Positions 53,780 to 62,124 of a stretch of DNA of 64,000 bases are shown here, one piece after another; the stretch's first letter is position 1; each line of letters starts with the position of its first letter. The translations under genes were made by a program, and so were the position numbers. The notes under the pieces were generated by a model. The model made no database searches. It saw only the letters and a program-made list of their open reading frames with translations, and was not told the origin of the DNA. The stretch covers positions 509,270 to 573,269 of the forward strand of contig JACPOV010000008.1 of assembly GCA_016191325.1 (NCBI GenBank). Direction: 5' to 3'. The DNA is from Candidatus Babelota bacterium (GTDB taxonomy: Bacteria > Babelota > Babeliae > Babelales > JACPOV01).

Positions 53780-54229
53780 TCATATTTTAGCTGAACCAGA
53801 AGAGAAATATGAGTACAATCCAAATAAAGCAGAAATGATAATTGCTGTTTTAAAAATTCTAGAATAGCAAAACTCTGGGGATGTACCATCTATTAAAAAA
53901 TCACCTGTTATATTTTTTGTGTTTTTATCTACAGAAATCCCAAATGTATAGGTTCGCAAATAATCACGAATCCAACCGCGCTTATGCTCAATTAAAATTT
54001 TAACAGTATTTATTACCCCATTGTCTCCGAATGAATCTTCGGTTATTTCGCTGGAGATAACCTTGCATTGCTCATTATAATTCGTTGCAAATGCTTCACC
54101 ATCTTTTAGGTTTGCTAACTCATTAAACCGATTTGCACGCCTTGTTAATTCATTCACATCTACCGCGCTTGATATACCGGTGAATAAACACAGATTAAAA
54201 GCAAGCAAACTATTAATAAATTTCGCCAT
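53780..54229 (-). CDS. hypothetical exported protein with C-terminal anchor
   Basis: 149 aa. Signal MAKFINSLLAFNLCLFTGISSA. C-terminal TAIIISALFGLYSYF. Confidence 0.55.
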   Translation of the reverse strand: MAKFINSLLAFNLCLFTGISSAVDVNELTRRANRFNELANLKDGEAFATNYNEQCKVISSEITEDSFGDNGVINTVKILIEHKRGWIRDYLRTYTFGISVDKNTKNITGDFLIDGTSPEFCYSRIFKTAIIISALFGLYSYFSSGSAKI

Positions 54230-54416
54230 AATAAACCTCCATTTCTATAGCTAATTCAATATCTATTTATAATTATATACAAATTGAATTTAATTACAAC
54301 CTAGGGGTTATTTATAGCTACCTATAAAATTTGGATCCCTTGCAGATCCAGAAAAAATCTATATAATCAAAACTATAAATATGCATAATTGAAAATAATA
54401 AAAACAGGGAAATCTT

Positions 54417-54872
54417 ATGAAACATGTAGCAATTATAGCCACGTTGGCTTTGATCTTTAGTGCTTTTAACCCAATAACTGCACAGCCTTTAAAAGATACT
54501 TTTATACAAACAACTTACAATCTAAGCAATAACCCAGCAGCAACAGGTTTTGTTTCTCTCGTATCGTTAGCAGCTTTCTTTTATAGCTCCAAAAAAGCTA
54601 ACGATGCTAGCTGGCTATATGGTCATTGCAATACTCTTCTTACCGGGACAGATCAGCAAATTAAAGATGGAGTTCGACAGATTTTCGCAATGGCTCCAAA
54701 TCACCCACTAGCTGATGGAGAAGACACCGTCAGTTCGTATATTGAAAATACACAAAAAGCGCGAACAATGCACAGGAATTCGATTATAGCTTGGTCTCTG
54801 GCTGGTGGCGCTAGCCTTGGCCTTTCATTTGCTGCTGGCCATCTAGCATTACGATCATTATTTAATAAATAG
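54417..54872 (+). CDS. SLFNK-tail small membrane protein, array copy 1
   Basis: 151 aa. Signal peptide, a central hydrophobic segment (TGFVSLVSLAAFFY), and a conserved C-terminus IAWSLAGGASLGLSFAAGHLALRSLFNK. Confidence 0.65.
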   Translation: MKHVAIIATLALIFSAFNPITAQPLKDTFIQTTYNLSNNPAATGFVSLVSLAAFFYSSKKANDASWLYGHCNTLLTGTDQQIKDGVRQIFAMAPNHPLADGEDTVSSYIENTQKARTMHRNSIIAWSLAGGASLGLSFAAGHLALRSLFNK

Positions 54873-54880
54873 AGGATTTT

Positions 54881-55333
54881 ATGAAATACAGAATAAATAA
54901 ATTTTTAGTACTTTTACTTTTTATGGCGTCTACTTCAATGATGGCAAACGAACCAGGAAAGTTTAGATATATTCAGAATTTTTTAAATAATAAGTCAGGT
55001 ATGAATGCTACTGCTTCTCTGGTTTCAGGGCTTGGCAGTCTTTGTTGCTTTAAAATTGCACATAACGCATATATAAAATATAAAGAAAATGAATTTCTTT
55101 TGAACTCTGACACAGAACAAGGCACAAAAGACAGTGTTAGACGTATATTAACACAAATAAATATGGAGCCTGCTGACGTAGACGATGATGTAAGTACATA
55201 TGTTCCTGATCTTCGTGCCGGAATGATAAAAAATAGAAACAAAGTGATTGCTTGGTCTCTCGTTGGTGCCACTAGCTTTACTATTTCAGCTCTCACAGGT
55301 TATTTGACGTTCAAATCATTATTTAATAAATAG
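54881..55333 (+). CDS. SLFNK-tail small membrane protein, array copy 2
   Basis: 150 aa. C-terminus IAWSLVGATSFTISALTGYLTFKSLFNK. 8 nt after copy 1. Confidence 0.65.
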   Translation: MKYRINKFLVLLLFMASTSMMANEPGKFRYIQNFLNNKSGMNATASLVSGLGSLCCFKIAHNAYIKYKENEFLLNSDTEQGTKDSVRRILTQINMEPADVDDDVSTYVPDLRAGMIKNRNKVIAWSLVGATSFTISALTGYLTFKSLFNK

Positions 55334-55340
55334 GGATTTT

Positions 55341-55808
55341 ATGAGATACAGAATCCTTCATGCAGTTTTATTTCTTGTCGCAGCGAGCTCAATGGTTACC
55401 AATGCCCACGGTCAGGATTTTTTAAACTTTAAAAATAAACTAGATACAATCGCTGATCCCTCTTATGCCGGCTTTGCAAGTTATTTTTTCCCAATCTTCA
55501 CCGCTGGTACTTTTTATAGCTTCTACAAAGCTCTTACTGCTTAAGGACTATATAAAAATTATAAGAACAGTCCAGTGAATTCGCTTCCAAACGATCAAGC
55601 AAGAAATCGCGTTAGGCGAATAGCAACAAACCTCAATTATGTCGCAGCAGACATCGATCATCATGTGTCTACTCTTATACCGGAGACTAAAGACAGAATA
55701 AAATCTAACAGAAATTTGATGGTAGCTTGGTCGTTAGCTGGTGCGGGAAGTTTAACGCTTTCGGCAATTACTGGCTATTTGACGCTCAAATCACTTTTTA
55801 ATAAATAG
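55341..55808 (+). pseudogene. SLFNK-tail family, array copy 3, interrupted by one in-frame TAA
   Basis: ORFs 55341..55544 and 55575..55808 are in the same frame. A single TAA at 55542-55544 separates them. Both halves align with the paralogues, and the C-terminus is VAWSLAGAGSLTLSAITGYLTLKSLFNK. Confidence 0.6.
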
Positions 55809-55816
55809 AAGATTTT

Positions 55817-56263
55817 ATGAAATACAGAATGCTTTATGCAATTTTATTTTCTTTTCTTGCCTCCAATTTAACAATTAGTCAGCCACTCAGAGGCAGCTTG
55901 ATACAAAATCTCCAAACTTTAAGCAATAATCCATCAGTAACCGGTTTCATTGCTCTCGCTTCATTTGGTGCTTCACAGTATTGTTTCCATCAAGGGAAGA
56001 TGCACTCTTTGGAATTTGCGAGACTTTCACTTCTGCTTAATCATGGGATCGAGCCCAAAAAAATTGTTTACGTTTCAGATGCACCAGGTGGCCAAGTACT
56101 TACTGGACCGGTGACTGACTCAGGAGGCGCCGTGGGCTCATCAACCCCAAAGCTTAAAAAACATAGTAATTTACAGATGGCATGGTGTCTAGCTGGTATC
56201 ACAAATTTTACTATTTCAGGTATTGCTGGGTACTTAACACTCAGATCGTTATTTAATAAATAA
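55817..56263 (+). CDS. SLFNK-tail small membrane protein, array copy 4
   Basis: 148 aa. C-terminus MAWCLAGITNFTISGIAGYLTLRSLFNK. Confidence 0.65.
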   Translation: MKYRMLYAILFSFLASNLTISQPLRGSLIQNLQTLSNNPSVTGFIALASFGASQYCFHQGKMHSLEFARLSLLLNHGIEPKKIVYVSDAPGGQVLTGPVTDSGGAVGSSTPKLKKHSNLQMAWCLAGITNFTISGIAGYLTLRSLFNK

Positions 56264-56284
56264 AATATCTTAGAAAAAATGAGA

Positions 56285-56310
56285 AAAGCGGCTTTTTTAG
56301 GGCCGCTTTT
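56285..56310 (+). terminator. rho-independent terminator of the SLFNK array
   Basis: AAAGCGGC-ttttttagg-GCCGCTTT stem followed by T residues. Confidence 0.55.
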
Positions 56311-56331
56311 AAAATTACTGATTTGAAAATT

Positions 56332-56394
56332 GGCCCGCTGCCACGGCATGACTTTGTCACCCAGTGGGGCTTTTAAATGGGGCCCCCATAGCCA
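56332..56394. repeat. composite GC-rich intergenic repeat carrying both motif families
   Basis: CGGCATGACTTTGTCA (56344-56359) is the reverse complement of the 51357-51372 core. TGGGGCCCCCATAGCC (56379-56394) is the reverse complement of 2833-2848. Confidence 0.6.
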
Positions 56395-56421
56395 CGACGA
56401 AGTTCGTGCAAATGGGGTAAC

Positions 56422-56955
56422 CTAAAATGGCAAATCGTCTTGGAATGGCGGTTCATCTTTGAACTCTAGTTCGCCACTCTTTGCTGCCGGCTTCTTTTTT
56501 GCTGCAGCTGGCATTTCGTCATAATCAACATCGATTTCAGCTGTCGCTGCCGCTTGCACGCTATCGTTGCCGCGTGATGCTGGGCGCATTGATCGCTCAC
56601 CAGTTTCAGCATCAGCGCCGCCGCCGTTGCCCAGGAATACAACGCGATCTGCAACGATCGAATATTTATTGCGCTTCTGGCCTTCTGGAGATTCCCACGT
56701 ATCAAACTTTAAACGTCCTTCAACAAGCACTGCGCGGCCTTTTGCCAAGAATTGACGGCAGCTTTCTGCTTGCGCACCAAAAACATCAGCATCAATGAAG
56801 CACACTTCTTGCACCATCTGCCCAGATTGTTTGTTGCGATACTGGCGATTTGAAGCTAAGCCTAATTGGCACACCGCTTGCCCGGATGCTAATTGTTTAA
56901 ATTCAGGATCACGAGTCAAATTACCCATAATAATAATACGATTATATCCAGCCAC
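56422..56955 (-). CDS. ssb: single-stranded DNA-binding protein
   Basis: OB-fold NRIIIMGNLTRDPE...VEGRLKFDTWE, a Gly/Ala-rich linker and an acidic tip FQDDLPF. GTG start at 56955 preceded by GGAAAGGA. Confidence 0.9.
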   Translation of the reverse strand: MAGYNRIIIMGNLTRDPEFKQLASGQAVCQLGLASNRQYRNKQSGQMVQEVCFIDADVFGAQAESCRQFLAKGRAVLVEGRLKFDTWESPEGQKRNKYSIVADRVVFLGNGGGADAETGERSMRPASRGNDSVQAAATAEIDVDYDEMPAAAKKKPAAKSGELEFKDEPPFQDDLPF

Positions 56956-57044
56956 GAGATGTCCTTTCCGAAACGACAGCAAAAATCATTTATAATTAAA
57001 TTTGATAATACCAGAAAAAAAAAATTACTTAAGATAACGGATTG

Positions 57045-57323
57045 TTATATACATTGCTTTTTTAATTGATCTCGTTTTTTTTGCAGATCTTCTTTACTAG
57101 GATTTGCAAAAAGGCGCTCACCCTCAATTAAATCTTGCAGCTCCTGCATAAAGGTTTGATTTAATCGCGCACACGCAAGAATGGTATCGTTATTTTGTTT
57201 AATTAATTCTCCGTAAAGCTGCCCGATCTCATCCTTAAGAGCGCCAACGCGTTCTTTCTTTGGTGCAGGTGCATTGCTCACCAAAAGGCCTACCGCAAAA
57301 ACAGGAATAATTAATCGACGCAT
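57045..57323 (-). CDS. hypothetical small secreted protein
   Basis: 92 aa. Signal MRRLIIPVFAVGLLVSNA, then a helical region. Confidence 0.5.
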   Translation of the reverse strand: MRRLIIPVFAVGLLVSNAPAPKKERVGALKDEIGQLYGELIKQNNDTILACARLNQTFMQELQDLIEGERLFANPSKEDLQKKRDQLKKQCI

Positions 57324-57892
57324 GCTGATCTCCTTAACTTCATGGCTTGAACTGCGTAGGAAAAAAGAGCTACCAGAGAAAAAAATGCAGTAATGAGCAC
57401 AAGCAGATAAGTGCCCTGAAAGAAACTATTTTTTACTAATGCACTCATGAGAACCACCATAAGAATCGTTTGCATTCCCATAGCAAGTTTTCCCCACACA
57501 TCCGCTTTAATCGTCGCACCCTTTGTGAAAAACAAGTAAGATGCGCCGCCGATAAGCGTACATTCTTTTATAAAATATAGCATAAAAAACCAAACCGGGA
57601 GTTGCTGCGTAGAAAAAGTAAAAAAAATAACGAGCGCTCCGATCAAAAGTTTATCTGCAAGTGGATCAAGCAACGCTCCAATTATTGTTTGTTGTTTGAG
57701 GTATCGGGCAAGCATCCCATCAAGCACATCACTGAGCGCGGCGCATATAAAAAAAATAAACGCACGCAGATACAAGTGATCATGCAATGCATACATAATA
57801 AACGGAATGAGTGCAATGCGAAAAAGCGTAATCATTGTTGGCAATGTACACCATGCGTACAAATTGAGCTGTTTATCACCCATTAATTTCAT
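57311..57892 (-). CDS. pgsA: CDP-alcohol phosphatidyltransferase (PgsA-like)
   Basis: DVLDGMLARYLKQQTIIGALLDPLADK fits D-x2-DG-x2-AR-x8-G-x3-D-x3-D. The ATG at 57892 overlaps the mnmA stop as ATGA and is preceded by AAGGAA. Confidence 0.85.
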   Translation of the reverse strand: MKLMGDKQLNLYAWCTLPTMITLFRIALIPFIMYALHDHLYLRAFIFFICAALSDVLDGMLARYLKQQTIIGALLDPLADKLLIGALVIFFTFSTQQLPVWFFMLYFIKECTLIGGASYLFFTKGATIKADVWGKLAMGMQTILMVVLMSALVKNSFFQGTYLLVLITAFFSLVALFSYAVQAMKLRRSACVD

Positions 57893-58968
57893 ATCGCAAT
57901 TCCTTGAGGCATTCGGGAAATGGTGCCACTTCCAATGCATACAGCTTCATCATAAAATACGGCAAATTGGCCTGGAGCAATTCCCTGATCGCGCCCTTCA
58001 AGCTGCACGAATGCGCCCTTCTTTTCGCGATTATAGTCGACGCGTGCTTTATAAAGTTGAGCGCCGTGCCGCATTTTTACTAAAAATTCTTTCTGTTCAG
58101 GATCTCTTCCAGAAATCCAATGGCAATCGCCAACATAAAATGAATTTCGTTCTTTTTCAGCGCTGTGATAATTTTTAGAAATAAAGACGATATTTTTTTC
58201 AGGATCTTTATCGGCAACATACCAAGGACCGCCAGCGAGCCCCAATCCCTGCCGCTGCCCAATAGTATAAAACCAAAATCCTTTATGAACGCCCACCGGT
58301 TTTCCGGTTTCAAGCTCAACCAATGCTCCATCTTTTTCACCCAGATGATGGCGCAGAAATGCGGCAAAATCCAGCGTTCCTAAAAAGCAAATCCCTTGGC
58401 TATCTTTGCGCGTTTTGTTGGGCAAATCGAATTTTTCAGCGAGCGCACGCACTTCATTTTTTTGCAAGTGCCCGATAGGAAAAAGTGCACGGCTTAATTG
58501 TTCTTGGCTTAAATGCGAGAGAAAGTAGCTTTGATCTTTAATAGGATCAGGTGCACGGCTCAGAATGAATACCCCATTTTCTTCGTGTACTTGAGCATAA
58601 TGCCCTGTGGCCACCTTATCAAATGAATTATCAATTTTTGAAAAAAAAGCACCAAACTTTATTCGTTGATTGCATAAAATATCGGGATTTGGGGTATTTC
58701 CCATTTTCACCTGGGAGATCGTATAAGAAACCACTTGATCCCAGTACTCTTTTTGCAAAGAAATAACTTCAAGCGGCACGTTAAGCTGCGCACAAACTGC
58801 CTGAACGTACGATAAATCTTCTTCCCATGGGCAGTTTCCCAAGAAAGAAAGCTCATCCTCAAGCCAGATTTTTAAATAAAAAGCGGTCACCGCATGCCCC
58901 TGATCACGCAACAATTTGAGCGCAACCGAGCTATCAACCCCGCCAGATACTAGAACCGCAATATTCAT
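57889..58968 (-). CDS. mnmA: tRNA 2-thiouridine(34) synthase MnmA
   Basis: PP-loop VLVSGGVDSSVA and DSQGICFLG motifs. 359 aa. Confidence 0.95.
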   Translation of the reverse strand: MNIAVLVSGGVDSSVALKLLRDQGHAVTAFYLKIWLEDELSFLGNCPWEEDLSYVQAVCAQLNVPLEVISLQKEYWDQVVSYTISQVKMGNTPNPDILCNQRIKFGAFFSKIDNSFDKVATGHYAQVHEENGVFILSRAPDPIKDQSYFLSHLSQEQLSRALFPIGHLQKNEVRALAEKFDLPNKTRKDSQGICFLGTLDFAAFLRHHLGEKDGALVELETGKPVGVHKGFWFYTIGQRQGLGLAGGPWYVADKDPEKNIVFISKNYHSAEKERNSFYVGDCHWISGRDPEQKEFLVKMRHGAQLYKARVDYNREKKGAFVQLEGRDQGIAPGQFAVFYDEAVCIGSGTISRMPQGIAI

Positions 58969-58987
58969 CCAAAAAGCCCTTAATCAA

Positions 58988-59027
58988 CCCCACACACGGC
59001 CTTTAGGCCGTGGTTTGCGGGGACCCC
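58988..59027. repeat. GC-rich structured intergenic repeat (CCCCAC-hairpin-GCGGGGACCCC), copy 3
   Basis: CCCCACaCACGGCCtttaGGCCGTGgtttGCGGGGACCCC. Same architecture as 51349-51384 but with a different hairpin sequence. Confidence 0.55.
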
Positions 59028-59254
59028 GGAAAAACATTTTCCACGCTCATCTACGGCCTCACACCCGAAGTTTTCTGGGGAAAAATAAATCAATTACTAT
59101 CTTAGAATAGCGCAAAAACTAAAAAAAATCAGGCGGATTACAAATTCCGCCCCTGCCCTTAGCGGGCCAATGTATTGATTTATCCTAGCCGATTTTACTA
59201 GATTTCCAGTGATTATAAGAGTAAAAATTCTCATTTTTATAAACGGAGGAATGT

Positions 59255-60616
59255 ATGAAAAAATTATGTGCAATTGCACCGTTGCTTCTTTTGATGGCTG
59301 GCTTGAACAGCATGGCCCCAGACCAACAAAAAGCCCATGGTGCAGTAATTCTTGAAGCTCAGCGAATTCTTTGCGCAACGTATGCAGATGATGCATTGAA
59401 TGTCAGTACCTCGCAACCAGCGGCGGAAATAAATAAAAAATATGCCGAACTCATTGCGCTGTTCGATAATTATGTCACCAAATATGCTCGCGATCGTGAA
59501 TTAAGCATGATTGTTAAAGAAGCTGCCTCGGTGCTTGAAAGCGCAAAGCAGTCGCTCGCTATCAAGGGCGCAAAACCGTTCGTTCCATTCTCGGCCGAAA
59601 AACTTGCTGCTAATCAGGATACTCAAAAAATTTTTAATGCAGAAAATTTTAAAAAACTAGGCTTTCGCCAAGCATGCATTGATAAATTATTTCCCGCAAA
59701 AAAGCCAGTCAACCCTTCAACGCTTCTTTACGAAAAAATAGTGAGCGCTGCACCTTACGAAATCTACCAACAGTTTAATAACCTGAGCATCCCAGCATTT
59801 GCTGTAGACTCTTTTAGCAGATCTGGCATCCAGAAAGAAGATTTTGATAAATGGGCGAACTACGCGCAAGCGGCTAATGGATACGTTACATCGCAAATAA
59901 ATAAGGGAGCAGCGGCAAAGGGCTATGCTCTTCAAGTTACATCGCTGAATGACATTCTTTCGTTAGTGAAAAACACCGCTCAAAAATTGAAAGACAAACA
60001 AATCGGCGCAGCGCGCAAACAAGAAACCGAAAATGAGTTACGAAAAAAACTTCAAGAAGCTTCGCTGATTGAAAAAACAACGTTTGATTCTATCGCACGG
60101 CAAAATCCAGCACCAGCCGATTGGATCGCCAAAGCTGACAGTTCAAAACTTATGATCCAAACAGATACAAAGGGAAGCATTTCATACGGTTCATTCTTTT
60201 CACAATGGGATAAGCTGCAACAAGGAACAAAAGGCCGCGTATTCACTGATAGCGATTTTATGAACTTCTTAAAGGAAAATGGCATCACGAGCAAATATAA
60301 GTTTGCGGACGTAGCCGATACGCTCGATCAAGTTGTTTATCGTTTGCAAAAAGATAATGAAAAATTGAGCAAAGAGATCGAAACCAGCTGGTTTGGCAAC
60401 GACGGCAGAAAAAAGAAAATTGAAAGTAATTTAAACTTTATCAACACAGCTCAAGCAATTATAAAACGAATTCGCGGCATCTATCCAAGCGCTTCATCAC
60501 TTCAAATGGCGCAAATATCTACCACAAAAGACAAAGTGGGCACGATTCTTTATGCACAAGCAAGCATTTATCAAATTGCGCTCAATAAATTGATGAAAGA
60601 AGTTCAAGCCTTATAA
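59255..60616 (+). CDS. hypothetical secreted protein
   Basis: 453 aa with a GGAGGA RBS. Signal MKKLCAIAPLLLLMAGLNSMA. Helical, with no family recognised. Confidence 0.65.
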   Translation: MKKLCAIAPLLLLMAGLNSMAPDQQKAHGAVILEAQRILCATYADDALNVSTSQPAAEINKKYAELIALFDNYVTKYARDRELSMIVKEAASVLESAKQSLAIKGAKPFVPFSAEKLAANQDTQKIFNAENFKKLGFRQACIDKLFPAKKPVNPSTLLYEKIVSAAPYEIYQQFNNLSIPAFAVDSFSRSGIQKEDFDKWANYAQAANGYVTSQINKGAAAKGYALQVTSLNDILSLVKNTAQKLKDKQIGAARKQETENELRKKLQEASLIEKTTFDSIARQNPAPADWIAKADSSKLMIQTDTKGSISYGSFFSQWDKLQQGTKGRVFTDSDFMNFLKENGITSKYKFADVADTLDQVVYRLQKDNEKLSKEIETSWFGNDGRKKKIESNLNFINTAQAIIKRIRGIYPSASSLQMAQISTTKDKVGTILYAQASIYQIALNKLMKEVQAL

Positions 60617-60621
60617 AAAAT

Positions 60622-60650
60622 AAAGGGGCCGGTTTATCGCCGGCCCCTTT
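60622..60650. terminator. bidirectional rho-independent terminator
   Basis: Perfect 11-bp stem AAAGGGGCCGG-tttatcg-CCGGCCCCTTT between convergent genes. Confidence 0.75.
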
Positions 60651-60673
60651 TAATTCCTTAATAAGCAAGTTTT

Positions 60674-61105
60674 TTATGCTTCCATATTCTTTTTAAAAAC
60701 AGCAATTGCTAAAGAAATCGTTTGAGCATCATTCTTCTTTTTTAATTCTGGACTATTAGGGCACGCATTAGTTTTATTTAGGTAACAGCTCATATTCGCA
60801 TTGTATATTTCCTGAGCCTTTTTATCGAATTTATAAATCTCATTTTCGATTTTTTGTCTACTCGGCATAAAAACAACTTGCTTAGGATTACTAAGAAATA
60901 CAATCTCCCCGGCCGATTTCCAATAAGTAGCGACACGCGAGAAACTGCCATAAAACGCATCAACATCCGATTTTTCAATTGAATCAGCAATAGCTAATTT
61001 ATCTCTTTTCCACGGATCGATTTCATTCCTGTTCAAATAGCTCATAGAAAAAAGCGGCACTTGAATGAACATTAATCCAATAAATAAAATTTTTGATATC
61101 TGCAT
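60674..61105 (-). CDS. hypothetical secreted protein
   Basis: The ATG at 61105 gives signal MQISKILFIGLMFIQVPLFS. The alternative GTG at 61147 would overlap the upstream gene. Confidence 0.5.
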   Translation of the reverse strand: MQISKILFIGLMFIQVPLFSMSYLNRNEIDPWKRDKLAIADSIEKSDVDAFYGSFSRVATYWKSAGEIVFLSNPKQVVFMPSRQKIENEIYKFDKKAQEIYNANMSCYLNKTNACPNSPELKKKNDAQTISLAIAVFKKNMEA

Positions 61106-61134
61106 AATCGACACTTTCAATTTTATTTTACTGA

Positions 61135-61854
61135 CTACTTTTTGCACGATTCTTGATGAAGCTCATTTGCCAACTGAGTAGAATAGCTTTCAGTTGTATT
61201 TCTTATCTTCTGGGCATCGCGAATAATCTTTGGATATTTTAACCAGTAAGCACCATAACCCATAGCGCACGTCAATCCAATCGCGCCAAGTGGATTTAGA
61301 TAACCAGCAGTAATTCCCGATACAAGAAAATCACCAAAAACTGGAGTTTTGTATATTCCTGTCAACATATCCCATAATGGTTCCGGAAATCTTGAGTCAT
61401 AGATCCCGTCGCATGTCATGCCAATGGCCGCACCAACACCAAATAGTGATGCAACAGTCACTAAAGAATATGCGCCAATTCTTCTTAATCTGCCCGGTGC
61501 ATTTTCGGTTTTGCAAGTTTCGTATATCGTTCGGGCCTTATCAGTGTATTCTTGCGCTTGCTCATATACCTTTGTTTTTCTTGGATTTGTTTCAAAATAA
61601 GCTTTCATAAGAATTGTTGGCTTTTCAGTTGCCAAACTTACCTGAAGATTAGTGTTTTTTATGGCACCATCCATGGCGTTCTTAAAATTCTGAAACCGTA
61701 GATTGAACTTCGGTACATCAGTCTCATCAATAGAAGTTTTAAGCAAATTATTCTGCTCTAACGACCAGTGTTTTGCTGGTTCACTATTCATTGCATTCAG
61801 CTGTGCAACAGTAAAAATCGCAGTGAATATAACGCTATTTATTTTTCTAATCAT
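61135..61854 (-). CDS. hypothetical exported protein with Gly-rich C-terminal membrane segments
   Basis: ATG at 61854 with a GGAG RBS. Signal MIRKINSVIFTAIFTVAQLNA. C-terminal SLVTVASLFGVGAAIGM and GAIGLTCAMGYGAYW segments. Confidence 0.55.
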   Translation of the reverse strand: MIRKINSVIFTAIFTVAQLNAMNSEPAKHWSLEQNNLLKTSIDETDVPKFNLRFQNFKNAMDGAIKNTNLQVSLATEKPTILMKAYFETNPRKTKVYEQAQEYTDKARTIYETCKTENAPGRLRRIGAYSLVTVASLFGVGAAIGMTCDGIYDSRFPEPLWDMLTGIYKTPVFGDFLVSGITAGYLNPLGAIGLTCAMGYGAYWLKYPKIIRDAQKIRNTTESYSTQLANELHQESCKK

Positions 61855-62124
61855 TTTGAACTCCATCTTATAAAAAACCACAATTTCTTCCATACTTACT
61901 TATACTAACAAAATAACGTATTTATTCAAGCTGAATTTAAAATGATTTTTTATAGTAGAATAATTAAAAAGCCAAAAAATGTAATAATGAATTCATAAAT
62001 TAATTTAACCTGCGATACAAACCTGGCTCGTTTTATATCGCACATACACAATCGCCCAGCAATTGACAACTTGTAATTATCTGGCATTCTTATCGTATAT
62101 ACTTTTATTGAATGCGAGGACCCT

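Noticed and set aside
59097-59396. 99-aa minus-strand ORF
   Set aside because: It overlaps the start of the well-supported 59255-60616 gene and runs through GC-rich repeat DNA. It is most likely spurious.
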